A stretch of DNA of 62,108 bases, filler included, from Chiloscyllium plagiosum (Eukaryota): the NCBI RefSeq assembly GCF_004010195.1. It is 6 parts of one record of this genome, joined end to end, with 100 filler letters (N's around TTAATTAATTAA, not from the genome) between each part and the next. Parts side by side here need not be neighbours in the genome. Positions count along the whole stretch, not along the records: positions 1 to 10,468 come from NC_057717.1; positions 10,569 to 19,016 come from NC_057717.1; 4 more parts are not named here. One strand, given 5' to 3'. Below, piece after piece: positions 1 to 12,959 of the stretch. The notes under the pieces were generated by a model. That model had not been told where the DNA came from and did no database searches. It saw nothing but the letters and a program-made list of their open reading frames with translations. The stretch's first letter is position 1; each line of letters starts with the position of its first letter. A program made the position numbers and the translations under genes.

Positions 1-596
1 CAACCCAAAGGACTAGCCACACTACCATACATCAGAACTGACAGCCAGACTACTGCGACACCTAGGACTCATAACGCACACATCCAACAGCCACGCTCAG
101 ACAACTCACCAGAACGAAGGACCCGATACCCAACATGAGCAAGACGAATGTAGTGTACAAAATACCATGCAAGGACTGCACTAAACACTATATAGGACAA
201 ACAGGAAGACAGCTTGCAGTCCGCATACATGAACATCAATTAGCCACGAAACGACACGACTAGCTATCCTTAGTAGCCACACACGCAGACAACAAGCAAC
301 ATGAATTCCACTGGGATAACACGACTATCATAGGGCAATCCAGACAGAGAACAGCCAGGGAATTCCTAGAGGCATGGCATTCATCCACAAACTCCATCAA
401 CAAACACATCGACCTGGACCCAATATATCAACCACTACAGCGGACAGCTGAAACTGACAACCGGAAGCGGCAGGGACAGACCACTATAAACACCGGAGGA
501 AACATCAAAGAAGCGCTTCGCAGGAGGCTCACAAGCACTGATGATGTCACCTAGCCAGGGGACGAAACGTTTGCAACAAAAACTTCCTGCTCGGAT
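1..596 (+). mobile_element. Penelope-like retroelement (family A), 3' fragment: GIY-YIG endonuclease and pLTR
   Basis: Translates to KTNVVYKIPCKDCTKHYIGQTGRQLAVRIHEH (GIY-YIG with Cys pair) and AREFLEAWHS; in-frame stop present; ends in a hammerhead-bearing pLTR. Confidence 0.85.
535..574 (+). ncRNA. Minimal type I hammerhead ribozyme motif in Penelope pLTR
   Basis: GCA-CTGATGA-TGTCACCT-AGCC-AGGGGAC-GAAA-CGTT-TGC: conserved core, stem II hairpin, palindromic ACGT stem III, stem I GCA/TGC, GUU cleavage triplet. Confidence 0.8.
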
Positions 597-619
597 AACG
601 CATGTGGAAGAGCAGAAGA

Positions 620-1945
620 TTAAACATCAAGTGTAGCAGCTCAAATGGCTAGCAATTATGAGGTGATCTAAAAATCAAAACTTGTCTTTCAAAATCGGTT
701 TCAATCTTCGAAGCATACACATTGTGAAAAGAGAAAATCTCATGTGGAAAGGGGATGTAAATCTCGGTAAAGATAATAAGTATTAATTATAACAGGGTTA
801 AAAGGAAAGCATTGAAGATGACAGAGAAGTTAAGAAGCTTGGCGTATTCACTGCAATAATGTCGGCTATATGAAATAGCAACGTTTGTGGTGAGGGAGTG
901 CATTGGGAATTGAGATGTAGGGAAACAGTATAAGCCACGGAAGGTTGTTCGAGTGGTAATGCAAAACACAGTGGAGGCGGGAAAGCTGTACTGGAATATA
1001 CAAAATGGTCCGAGGGTTGTTAAGGAGGAAGTACCAGATCATCTTAAACCATGTATCTGCCAAGGTACAGTTTACTCACATAGACAGGAACATCAGCTAA
1101 AGAGGTTAAAACATGACAATACACACGACCTTTGACGTTTCAATCTGTGACAGTGAAAAATGAGGAGATATGTACTTCTAAATTGTGAATTCCAAAATAG
1201 ATACTGGTAACTGAAATTCACGGTGAGACAAGAAGCATCCAGTTACGAAAAGTGAGCTTCCAGTGTTCAGAGAAGAGCGAGGATATATGTGGTAGGAGTA
1301 CTGGAAAAACTCTCCGCTCCAGAAATTAATATATATTTTACGAAATATACAGCTGATTTGTAGGAGGGAGTGCTGCATATTGTCCTTGAAAAGCTAGTAG
1401 AATGTCAGGCAACCGAAAGAGTGCAACGACCATGTTCTGTGATTTTTTTTGACTGTGTGGTAACGAGGTAACAAAGTCACCAATTGAAACAGGGGAGATC
1501 AAGGAGAACAGATCAGGTTGAAGTCGAATAAACAGAGACCGTTTTGATCAGGTGGTTGAGACAAGCCAGGAGTATATAGCTCTCACAAAAGACATCTTCA
1601 GAGCAAATAAATTAACGGCGTTCAAGGAGAAAAATTTAGATTTAAAGCAACTGTGTCAAGAGCATCCGAATATATCCCTGAATGTTACCATTTAAAAACG
1701 ATGTCATAATGGGGAAATGGAGACCATCACATATTAAAGCAGATGGGAAATAAGTAGAAGTCCATCAAGTCTAATTGCCTGTGGATTTCAGAAAGGATAT
1801 GTTGCAGGTAGCGCATGAGCTACCACGATGGATTCACTGAGAAGAACCAACTGCAAAATCACTTTCACTGTCCTGGACTGCAGAAGGATACTGTTCATTT
1901 TTGCCACACATTACATACATGTCAGATATTAGCAAAGCAAAATAT
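620..1945 (+). mobile_element. Degenerate Ty3/Gypsy (Gmr1-like) internal region: gag zinc knuckle, protease, integrase zinc finger
   Basis: Decayed knuckle at ~850-890; KWRPSHIKAD..VHQ..LQVAHELP and HFHCPGLQKDTVHFCHTLHTCQ (HHCC) at ~1715-1930; many stops. Confidence 0.65.
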
Positions 1946-3800
1946 GTTGCCAGAAAAATACAGCAGGTCAGACAGCATCTGAGGAGAATGAAGAAGCCCT
2001 TCGTCAGGAATCAGGCTTGTGTGGGGCTGTAGGGAAGGTGCAGAGAATGCAATCGGTAGATGAAGGATGGGAGAATTCGATAAGTCAGAGACGAAGGTGA
2101 AGCTGATAGTTAGGAAAAGCAACGGACAAGTCAAAAGTGCGATGTCCAGTTGGAGCCCGAGGTTGGCGATGCGTTTTGGGGGACGGGAATCAAAGAAACT
2201 GTTGAAATACACTTTCACCTCATGTGGTTGTAGGGTTCTAAGGCTGAAGATGAGGCGTTCTACCTCCAAACGTCAGATATTCAGGGTTTGGCAATCGAGG
2301 AGGTCCAGGACCTGCATGTCATTTGTGGTGTGGGACGGGAAATTGAAGTATTCAGCCACGGGCTGGTGGGATTAGTTGGTGCGGTCGTCCCAGAAATGTT
2401 CTCTGAAATGATCTGCAAGTTGGCGTCCTATCTTCCCGATATAGAGGAGACCACATCGAAGTCAATGAATACAGTAAATAACATTTATGAACGTACACGT
2501 AAATTTCTGTCGGCTGTAGGAAGATGTAAGTGAGAAGGTGTGCAGGTACATTTTGCATTTTTTGCGGTGGGAGGAAATGATGCTGGGAGTTGGGTGTTGG
2601 CTGGTGGGTGGCACGGATCTGACAAGGGAATTGCAGAAGGAATGGTTTGTGCGAAACCCTGAGAGGAAGGTAAATGTATCCGTAGTGATGGGGTCTGTTT
2701 GCAGTTATTGGAAGTTGCAGAGGATTATGCGATGTATTCAGAGGATTTTGGGGTAGGAAGTGGGGACGGGATGTGCTGTCCTTGTTGCGTTGGGCGAGGT
2801 GGGGTTCAAGGGCATAGGTGAGGGAAATGGTGGAGATGCACCATTCGTGGAGATGGTAGAGCACATTGTCAAACACGCGGGATAGAAAATTGTGGTAGTT
2901 GAAGAAGGAGCGCAACTGGAATTTTCTATGGTTAACTTGGCCATCCTGGGAACAGCTGTGGTGGAGAAGGAGGAATTGGGAACAAGGGATGGTTTTTTTC
3001 TGGTCGGCAGTTTGGGAGGATGTGGCGTCCAGGTAGCTATGGGATTCGGTGTGTTTGGAGATGTCCCTAGTTACTCGGTTGCCGAAGATGGAAGTGGAGG
3101 AATTCAGGAAGGGAAGAGAGTATTCCGAGATAGTCAAGGTGAAGTTGACGTCGGCAAGAAAGTATTTTGTCAAGTTAATAAACTGTCTACCCACCTCGCG
3201 GGAGAGCGAGATGGCGTCAATGCAGTCATCGACATACTGTACGAAATGGTGGGCATGATGCCGTTATATTTGCGGAAAGTGGTCTGTTCTACGCACCCTA
3301 CAAAGAGGCAGACATAGCAGGGACACATGTGGGAGCCCAGGGTTACCCCTTTGGACTGGAGGAAGTGGGAAAATTAGGAGGGTATTATTTAAGGGTGAGG
3401 ACCAGTTTGACCATGCAAATGAACGTGTCAGTGGAAGGGTACTGATTGGGAGGGGATGAGAGGAAGAAACGGAAGGCTTGGAGCCCTTCGTCGTGGTGGA
3501 CAGATGTGTATACGAACTGGATGTCAATGTTGAAGGTGATGCATAGGGTTTCGGGTAAACGAAGGTCTTACAGGAGGAAGCGGAGGACTTGGGTAGTGTC
3601 CTGAATGTAGATGGTGTGTTCTGGGGGAACCGAGTGGTGTCAAGGTTTGCAGAGATGCGTTTAGTGGAACAGAAGGAGGCTGATACAATGGTTCGATTGG
3701 GGAGGGCAGGCTTGTGAATCTTAAGTAGGAGGTAAAATCGGGAGGTGTGGTGTTCTTGGATAGTGAAGTTGGACGTGATGGATGGAACATCCCCAGAGGT
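1945..3800 (-). mobile_element. Penelope-like retroelement (family B), RT, GIY-YIG and pLTR, degenerate
   Basis: SRFYLLLKIHKP, a decayed GxxMG motif, an xIDD-like motif and a GIY-YIG remnant across frames; inserted into the Gypsy integrase. Confidence 0.8.
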
Positions 3801-3814
3801 GGTCCTGGTCCTCA

Positions 3815-4735
3815 CATTCATTCCCCACCAAAATTCATATACATCGCATCATCCTCCGCCAATTCCACCGCCTCCACCACTTTGAATATAGTACCCCCTC
3901 CACCACAAGCAGCATTTCTGATAGACAAATCCCTCCGCGAATCTGTTGTCAGATCCAAGCTGCCCCTTGATCAGCCCACCGCACAGGGATCTTCTCCTGC
4001 CATCACAAGAAGTGTAAAACGTGTGCCCACAACTCCTCCCTCACATATATACAAGGCGCCAAAGGATCCATCAAAGTCCAACAGAAATTTACCTATACTT
4101 CCTTAAATGTCATCTACAGTATCCATTGTGAACGATGTAATCTCCTCGGCATCAGGGAATCGGCACACCAAATTTCAGATCATTTCAGAAAACATCTCTA
4201 GGACAAAAGATCCAACCAAACCCCACCGCCTTGTGACTGAACACTTCAACTCCCCCACGCCCCCCCAGTCCATGAAGAACATGCATGTCCTGAGCATCCT
4301 TCATCGTTGAACCCCAATCACGGACGCCTGGAGGAAGAACGCCTCGTCTTCTGCCTTTGGACCCCGCAACCACACAGGATTAAAGTGAATTTCACCAATT
4401 TCCTCATTTACCCTTCTCCAACCTTCCCCAGTCCCAAGCCTCTAAATCGGCAGGGACCATAATCTTTCCCATTGATCAGCTCCAACTGCCTCTCCGGCCT
4501 ATCATCTTCTCCCCCACCTCAACTACATATTGCATTCTCAGCTACCTTCCCCATAGCTTCACCGCTTCCCATTAATCTCTCATTCTTTCGGCCCAGAAAC
4601 CTCTTTCCTGATGAAGTATGTATGCCTGAAAAGTCGATTCTCCTGTTCCTCAGATGCAGCCTGACTTGCTTTGGTTTTCCAATGCTGCACTCTCGACTCT
4701 GATCTCCAGCACCTGCAGTCCTCAAGTTCTCCTCG
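3815..4735 (+). mobile_element. Penelope-like family B inverted copy (GIY-YIG and pLTR)
   Basis: Same GIY-YIG/pLTR region as ~1945-2800 in the opposite orientation; decayed CTGATGA..GAAA motif at ~4608-4635. Confidence 0.75.
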
Positions 4736-5280
4736 ATAATCATAAAACCACAGGGAGTAATAAAACCCACACCTCTAATGCCTATTTCTGTATGTAAGAA
4801 CGTTTTAGAAAATGCTTAAATGATTGTGTAGGATCCGTTCCAGTAACAAAAAGATGAAACAATATTCTTGAACGATAATGGATGTGCCAGTATATTTCCG
4901 CAGTCCGATCTATTACGTGAAATGAAGTGGAGAAGTGACACTCATTTTTTTTCCACGGATCATGAACAATCAAATCAAGTTTCAAGCTTTACATCAAAAC
5001 TATTTAACTTAATTAAGAACAGCACAGAAATAAAATAATTCAATTCTACTCTGCATCATCCAGAGTCAAAAGGAGCACCAGAAAGAAGGCATGAGAAAGT
5101 TGCCGGTTATCGTCAAGACTATCCGATTGAATGGGCAAGCAGACTTCTGATTGTACTTTATGCGATCGGAGATGCACCAAGTGAACCAGCCAAATTCAGT
5201 CGATTGAATTGGATTATTAGCATAAGGAGAGAAAATCAGCAAAACTTATTCACAGAAGGTGGTGGGATCTTCATGGATAC
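4736..5280 (+). mobile_element. Gypsy integrase core, continuation of the 620-1945 element
   Basis: KPQGVIKPTPLMPI..DCVGSVP..TIMDV..HHPESKGAPER; resumes where the zinc finger was interrupted. Confidence 0.7.
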
Positions 5281-5289
5281 GAATCGTTA

Positions 5290-5948
5290 CCTGTCTTCCT
5301 GTTTGTCTATGTAATGTTTTGTGCAGTCCTTGCTTGGGATTTTTTACACTACGTTGGTTTTGCTCATGCTGGGTATCGGTTCCTTTGTCCTGGTGAGTTG
5401 TTGTCTGAGCCTGGATGTTGGTTTGTGTGCTGTTATGAGTCCTAGTGGTCGTAGTAGTCTGGCTGTCAGTTCAGAAATGTTCTTGATGTATGGTAACGTA
5501 TGGCAACGATCTGCATCCATGAACACCAACTAGCCACGAAACGACACAACCTGCTATCCTTCGTAGCCACACACGCAGATGACAAGCAACATGAGTTCGA
5601 CAGGGACAACACTCCGATTATAGGACAAGCCAAACAGAGAACAGCCAGAGAATTCCTAGAGGCATGGCACTCATCCACAGATTCTATCAACAAACATCTC
5701 GACCTGGGCCCAATATACCGGCCACTGCAGCAGACAGCTGGAAATGACAACCGGAAGCGGCAGAGACAAAGCACTATAAATGCCGCAGGAAACAAAATAG
5801 AAGCGCTTCACAGGATGCTCGCAAGCACTAAGGGTGTCACCTAGACAGGGGATGAAACATCTGCAACACAAATTCCTAGCTCGGCGAACAGAACCACAAC
5901 AACGAGCACACGAGCTACAAATCTTCTCACAAACACTGAACTTTGAAC
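5290..5948. mobile_element. Penelope-like family A fragment with internal inversion (5290-5500 minus, 5500-5948 plus)
   Basis: Minus part encodes TLPYIKNISELTARLLRPLG..KTNVV; plus part encodes IHEHQLATKRH..AREFLEAWHS and a pLTR with decayed hammerhead at ~5825-5864. Confidence 0.8.
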
Positions 5949-6500
5949 TCACTGCCAGCAAATATACTTGTATTATAAACATGCATTGTATGCAAAGTGA
6001 ACCTTGTGACGCCAAACTGGACAAGGCAATGTGCCAAGTACTGTAAAAATTGGGATTAGAATCGTTGGTGCCTGTTTATAAATGATGCTACCAGTGTGAC
6101 CAAAAGACGTGTTTTAGCTGTGCTGTACTATTCAATGAATCAATCACAGCATGAAATATGGAAATAAAACTGATTAAATATTCGCGCAAGAAAACCGACA
6201 GCTGAATGCTACCTACTGTTCGAATTGCACTGAAATCCGTTCACATCTCTCCAGTAAGATTATTAACGTCAAGATTTTCCTATGTAATTCGAGAACCTCC
6301 ACTTAAGACTAGAATTCGAGGAAGAACTGAGGCATAACATACACGATGGATCAAGAATGTCAATACCCAGCACTCATTGAGGGTGTACAGCAACACCAAA
6401 CCAAAAACAAACTGAATAGTTATAAAACGACTATATGATATTCTGGATTAGTGGTGCTGGAAGAGCACAGCAGTTCAGGCAGCATCCAAGGAGCTTCGAA

Positions 6501-6534
6501 ATCGACGTTTCGGGCAAAAGCCTTTCATCAGAGC
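6501..6534 (-). ncRNA. Minimal hammerhead ribozyme motif (family B pLTR fragment, 6439-6534)
   Basis: Minus strand CTGATGA-AAGGC-TTTT-GCCC-GAAA-CGTC, GUC triplet. Confidence 0.65.
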
Positions 6535-7223
6535 TTTTTTTTACCTATCTGATATTCTGTTTTATTCAAAGGAAATAGACTATGTTCTTAAAATAACAAA
6601 ATGTATCTAAACATGATATAAGATGTGCTTGGAAAAGAAGAAAATAAATTGAAGTGTGGAGAAGGTATAATCCAGGACTATTTGAATTTTACACAGTGCA
6701 GCCAAGTCCCGGTGGTGAAATTGTGGTCCGGAACATGGTGTGGGAGACAGTCGGAGTCTGTGCAGTTAATTCATGGAGCCGGGCCCCGGGGTAGAGTCCA
6801 GGGCAAGGAAGCAGCTAGGCCTACAGTTCTGATACCCGGATTTCATGGACTAAGTGAAACCGACTGTAATTTGGTACATTTTAAAGACTCTTTTATTTAT
6901 ATGCTTACTTTTATTCTGCATTCTGAGTAAAACTTTGTATTCCTATTCTAAACGTAATGTTTACTCTGTCATTTCTGTAACAAGAAGTTCAGAATCTATC
7001 CCTAACTTGGCGCCAAATTGGTGACATTATAAACTTTTAAATGCACATGGCAGTGCATGTGACAATGAAGGTCATTCTACTCTATTCTGACTTTATATGC
7101 AGAAATAACACAACTCGAACAGAAATAAGATCCAATCCTGCTGCACTGAAATGCATCTTGAACTAACAACTTGTGCAGTTTTCCTCCAGATCATGTCTTT
7201 TCGAAAAGTAGGAAATATTTTGT

Positions 7224-7515
7224 GGGCGGCACGGTGGCACAGTGGTTAGCACTGTTGCCTCACAGCGCCAGAGACCTGCGTTCAATTCCCGCCTCAGGCG
7301 ACTGACTGTGTGGAGTTTGCACATTCTCCCCGTGTCTGCGTGGGTTTCTGCCGGGTGCTCCGGTCTCCTCCCACAGTCCAAAGATATGCAGGTTAGGTGA
7401 ATTGGCCATGCTAAATTGTGTTAGATAAGGGGTAAATGTAGGGGTATGGGTGGGTTGCGCTTCGGTGGGTTGGTGTGGACTTGTTGGCCCGAAGAGCCTG
7501 TTTCCAGATTGTAAT
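7224..7515 (+). mobile_element. HE1-type tRNA-derived V-SINE
   Basis: A box TGGCACAGTGG, B box GTTCAATTCC, core TGTGTGGAGTTTGCACATTCTCCCCGTGTCTGCGTGGG, LINE-like tail. Confidence 0.9.
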
Positions 7516-8489
7516 GAACAACTGCATCTAACTCACCACATCCAAGTGTATAATCGTTGGTCAAATAGTTATACACATATTTACTTAATAATTACGGAAA
7601 GATGTCTGACTCATCAAAGTAAATTAACAGCATTACACAGGGAATGGGCAAGCAGACTATCGGGAACTTGAGCTGCTTAAGCTGACTCAACTTTTGAACA
7701 TACCGTTAGCCCAGGTAAATGAAACGTCTGAGGGATCTCACCTTGCCTGCACCATGTGAAATTCAAGGAGAACATGTTCCTTATTGGTATATAGACAATT
7801 CACGAGGGAGCAACGAAATATCTGTTAGATTATTCTCGCCCCGACCTCCACTTTCAAAATCAGAGCTTAGTGCACAATGTAATAAGGCATGTTCTTTGCC
7901 TTTCTTTATCTGAGCATCGTCATCCATGTCTCATCATCCCAAATATTAAGTAAATCTCGCTGTGGTTTCAAGTTCGTGCAGGAACAGGATTGCAGTTTGC
8001 TTTGCCCTCTCGTTTGCATTCATTAATTTTCTGAACTGCTTTCTCCAATGTCCAACTCAATCAAAATACTGTCATGCGCATCAAATGCAGCAAATCAGTA
8101 AACCGGTCTTCAATTTCTCCAGTGATTCATGCAGTCTGATATGCATCACAATAAAACGTTAAAATGTTTCAACTAAATTGGTCGTGATAGGGACCAAATA
8201 TCTCACCGCGGTCTAAAAGTTCAGGCACAGTTCTAACACTAGCATATACCCAACAATGCAGAAAATTTCCAATGTCGAAGTTTTGGACAAAAACAGAACA
8301 AATCCATGATAACCAATCACTACAAATCAGCCTACTCTTGATCATCAGTGAAATGATAGAAAGTGTCATTAACAATGCAATCAACCAACAGGAATTAAAT
8401 TATAGTTTGGAGAAGATATAATCCAGGAATATTTAAATATTTGAACGACACCATTTTATGTTCCACCAGGACCAATCAGTTCCTATATT

Positions 8490-8990
8490 CACTACAATTT
8501 TTGTGCAAATATGGAAAAAGCAGTTAAATACCAGTGGGTGATAACATCAGCCCTTGACATCAAGGCCGCATTCGACCAGGTGAGGCATCAGGGAACTCCA
8601 TTATAACTGGAATCAATGGTTATTATGTGGCAACATCTCCAGCGATTGAAGACATACCTCGTACAGAAGGTTATACTCTTGTTCGTTGGCTGTCAGTCAT
8701 CCCACCTCCAGGTCATCTCTGTAGACATTCCTCAGGGAAGTGGCCAAGGCCAAATAAGCATCAGTTGCGTCATCAGTGACCTTCCCTTCGTCAAAGGTTC
8801 AGAAGTGGGGATGCTCGCTGGTACCTGCAAAATGCTAAAACAATTCACGAGTCCTCGTATGCTGAAACAGTCCATGCTCAAATGCAATGAGACCTGGACA
8901 ATATCGAGGTTCGTGCTGACAAATGGCAGGCAACATTTACGCAACATAAATGCCAGACTCTGACGATGAGTGCCAAAACGTTTGGTGTTG
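8490..8990 (+). mobile_element. Degenerate CR1/L2-group LINE RT fragment
   Basis: ALDIKAAFDQVRHQG and IPQGSGQG (decayed VPQGSVLG). Confidence 0.65.
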
Positions 8991-8999
8991 GAAAATTAC

Positions 9000-10010
9000 A
9001 ACCAGTCTTACAGCATCCGAGGAATAGGAAAGTCGACGATACAAGCATAAGATCTTCATCATGAATGTGAGGGAGGCCGACGAAGCTGAGAGATAAACGG
9101 GAGGAGCTGCACTGGGAGTGAAGTAGTTGGGAATGCAATAGGTCGAATATGCTGGTGGGGTTGGTGTGTAAGGTTGAAGCATTGGGTAGAGCGGACCGAT
9201 GAGAAGGAAGATGTACAGGGAGGTCAGTTCAAAATGGAGGGGTGAATTTGTTGGATAAGCTGGGGGGAGGACAGATGAGGAAAAAGGTGAAATTGACATT
9301 CCTCCTATGTGATTGGAAGGTTGCAAGATGGACGATGAGGCATTCTTCCACTAGTCAGAGGGTGGCTGGCATTTGGCAGAGGAGGAGTCCAGGGACTTGC
9401 ATGACCTTGGCATGGTAGAGGATGGAGTTAAAATTTACGGACACAGGGCGATGTATTTGTTTAATGTGTTTCCCCGAGATCTTCTCTGAAGCGTTCCGCA
9501 GGTTGTCATCCCGCCTCCAAAATGTTGAAGAGACCACATTGCCAACGACGGACGCAGTAGATTACGTGTGTTTTGGCACAGGAAAAACTGGCTCGGATGC
9601 AGGAGGATTCTTTGAGTTACTTGGATGGCGTTGGGAGCTGCAGTTTTAGCACAGATTGTACAAATTTTGTGGTGTTAAGTGAAGGTGCCAAGAGTGGAGT
9701 ATGGGGGGCGGAGACACAACAAGGGAATTGTGGTGGGACTGATCTGTGCAGACCACAGATACGGGAGAGGAGAGAGATATATTCATGGTGGTAGTGTCAG
9801 TTTGTCAGTTGCAGTAATGTGGAGGATGATATACTATACTTGGAGGTTGGTCTTGTGAAAGTGACGATTGGGGTTCTGTCCTTATTGCGATTGGAGGACT
9901 GGGGTTCAAGCTCGGGGTTGTGCGGTGTGGAGCAGACGTACTGAATGGTAGTTTTGATATCTTGAGGATGGAAATCGCGTTCCTTGAAGAAGGAGGCCAT
10001 CTGGGATTTT
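9000..10010 (-). mobile_element. Penelope-like family B fragment, degenerate
   Basis: MASFFKERDF..NKDRTP and similarity to 1945-2900. Confidence 0.65.
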
Positions 10011-10057
10011 CTGTGGTGAAATCGGACTAATAAATGTTAGCGTATAAGATATATAAA

Positions 10058-10468
10058 CATAGAACGTAGAACATAGAACAATACAGCAAAGAACAGGCCC
10101 TTCGGCCCACGATGTTATGCCAAACATTTGTCCTAGCTTAAGCACCTATCCATGTTCCTATCCAATTGCCACTTAAAGGTCACCAATGATTCTGACTCTG
10201 CCACTCCCACAGGTAGCGCATTCCATGCCCCCACCACTCTCTGGGTAAAGAACCCACCCCTGACATCTCCCCTATACCTTCCACCCTTCACCGTAAATTT
10301 ATGTCCCCTTGTAACACTCTATTGTACCCGGGGAAAAAGTTTCTGACCGTCTACTCTATCTATTCCTCTGATCATCTTAAAAACCTCTATCAAGTCACCC
10401 CTCATCCTTCGCCGTTCCAACGAGAAAAGGCCGAGAACTCTCAACCTAGCCTCGTACGACTTCCTCTC
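10058..10468 (-). mobile_element. CR1/HER1 LINE 3' end with (TTCTATG)n tail
   Basis: Plus strand AGAACATAGAAC repeats followed by the CR1 ORF2 C-terminus (ERRRMRGDLIEVFK on minus). Confidence 0.85.
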
Positions 10469-10568
10469 NNNNNNNNNNNNNNNNNNNNNNNNNNNNNNNN
10501 NNNNNNNNNNNNTTAATTAATTAANNNNNNNNNNNNNNNNNNNNNNNNNNNNNNNNNNNNNNNNNNNN

Positions 10569-11980
10569 ATGACATCCTTCCCTGACAGCCTATGCTCCCA
10601 ACTTATCCTCCTCAGATTCTGTCTTACAGCATCGTAATTACCCTTCCCCGAATTGTAAAACCTACACTGTTTCACGCACCTATCTCTCTCCATAACCCAG
10701 GTGAAAGTCACAGAATTGTGGTCACCATCACCAAACTGTTCACCCACTAACAAGCCCATCACTTGTCCCGGTTCATTACCGAGTACCAAATCCAAAATGG
10801 CCTCCCCTCTGGTCGGACAATCTACATACTGTGTTAGAAAAGCTTCCTGGACACACTGCACAAACACCGCCCCATCCAATCTACTTGATCTAAAGAGCTT
10901 CCAATCAATATTTGGAAAGTTGAAATCGCTCATGACTACTACCCTGTGGCTTCTGCACCTTTCCAAAATCTGTTTCCCAATCTGTTTCTCCACATCTCTG
11001 CTGCTATTGGGGGGCCTATAGTAAACACTCAAGAAGGTGACTGCACCTTTCCTATTTCTGACTTCAACCCATACTACCTCTAAAGGCAGATCCCCCTCGA
11101 ACTGCCTTTCTGCAGCTGTTATACCATTTCTAATTAGCAACGCCACCCCCCCTCCTTTTTTACCACCCTCCCTAATCGTACTGAAACATCTGTAACCAGG
11201 AACCTCCAACAACCATTCCTGTCCCTCTTCTATCCACGTTTCCGTGATGGCCACAACATCGTAGTCCCAGGTACCTATCCACGCCTTAAGTTCACCGACC
11301 TTATTTCTGATACTCCTTGCGTTGAAGTATACGCACTTGAACCTATCTCGGTGTCCACAAATATTCCCTGTCAGTGCTACCTTCTTCACAGCCTCCCCAC
11401 ACACTTGGACATCCTGACAAACTACTTGCTGGACTACAAGTCCGGATCCCATCCCCCTGCCAAATTAGTTTAAACCCCCTCGAAGATTGCTAGCAAACCT
11501 ACCTATTGGTGCCCTTCTGGTTCAGATGCAACCCGTCCTGCTTGTACAGGTCCCACCTTCCCCAGAATGCAGTCCAATTGTCCAAATACCTGAAGCCCTC
11601 CCTCCTACACCATCCTTGCAGCCACGTGTGCAACTGCACTCTCTCCCTATTCCTTGCCTCACTGTCACGTGGCACCGACAACAACCCAGAGATGACGACT
11701 CTGTCTGTCCTAGCTTTCCGCTTCCAGCCTAACTTCCTGAGCTCTTGAATGACCTCCCCACCTCTCTTCCGACCTATGTCGTTGGTGCCAACGTGCACCA
11801 CGACTTCTGGCTGCACAACCTCCCCCTTAAGGATTCTGAAGACACGGTCCGAGACGTCTCGGACCCTGGCACCCGGGAGGCAACAAACCATCCGAAAGTC
11901 TCACCTATGGCCACAGAATCGCCTGTCCATCCCTCTAACTAGAGAGTCTCCTATAACTAGCGGTCTCCTCCTCTCCCCCT
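10569..11980 (-). mobile_element. CR1/HER1 LINE: ORF1 SGNH-esterase domain and ORF2 AP endonuclease
   Basis: CLPGARVRDV..VHVGTNDIG..QDGLHLN (SGNH blocks); YFNARSIRNK..AITETW..GGGVALL..YRPPN..DFNFP..ILDLVL..DHN (APE); long open frames. Confidence 0.92.
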
Positions 11981-12316
11981 CAATGCATTAGAAGTGTTCA
12001 TCCAGATATTGCTAACTCACCAGCTTAAATATGTAATTCTGTACCTCTCAAAGAGTTGGTAATTGAACACAGGTTTTCTGGCTCTGAGGTTGGGATCTAG
12101 CTCGACATCACAGGAAGCCTGAACCGATATTCATTTCAACAACAACCTCGCCCATTATCTCCCGAACAATATATTTCATATTCAGATCTTATTTGTTCCA
12201 CGTGTATCTGCCAACAAAGTCAGAGGAAAGCAATTTGAAATAGCAGGTGTTACACCATAGCTTTCCCCATTCGAGGTCCCCATTTAAAATCTGACCACTG
12301 AGTGTATATTGCGTCT

Positions 12317-12613
12317 CTTCAGTGTAAAATCCAGAAACAAATTCAATCAACATCTGGCAGCATTTAAGATATTTTATCATGTTTTTGTTTATATTGCGAA
12401 GTTCCATTGGAACCCAAAATTTCTTCTATTCATTCCTTCCCTGCTCATGACATTGCCAAAATGATCTTCAGTGTAAAATCCAGAAACAAATTCAATCAAC
12501 ATCTGGCAGCATTTAAGATATTTATCATGTTTTTGTTTACATTGCGAAGTTCCATTGGAACCCAAAATTTCTTCTATTCATTCCTTCCCTGCTCATGACA
12601 TTGCCAAAATGAT
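12317..12613. repeat. Two-copy tandem direct repeat, ~149-bp unit
   Basis: CTTCAGTGTAAAATCCAGAAAC...GCCAAAATGAT at 12317 and again at 12466, nearly identical. Confidence 0.9.
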
Positions 12614-12959
12614 GTGAACATTTTTATAAAGACAGAATGTCGACAGAAATCAGCAACATTGGAGACTTGTACTGACAAACTCAGTGGTTGAAGTTTTAAC
12701 ATGAAAACTAATTAATTTTAGAAATGGTAGTCTGAAACATGTGAAGTCTCCTACCGTCAGTCCAACGCTTAATACTGTCAATGGTCTCAATAATCTAACA
12801 AGTCGTGCCAACGCCCACGATTTCCATCTGCTCCTAATTTGTTTTGCTTAGACTATTTTAAAAGTTCTCTGCATTTCGCTCTGACCACGATTTCAGACAA
12901 TGCAATAACTACTGAGTGTAATGTTATCAAGTTTAGAAATGGGAAGACGTTCAAGGTTG

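Noticed and set aside
7224..7295. tRNA-like A/B boxes as tRNA genes
   Set aside because: They are heads of HE1 SINEs, continuing into the V core and LINE-like tail.
10513..10524. TTAATTAATTAA palindrome inside N runs (also 19061, 34534, 48735, 55890)
   Set aside because: Identical six-frame-stop spacer centred in ~100-bp gaps; a scaffolding artefact.
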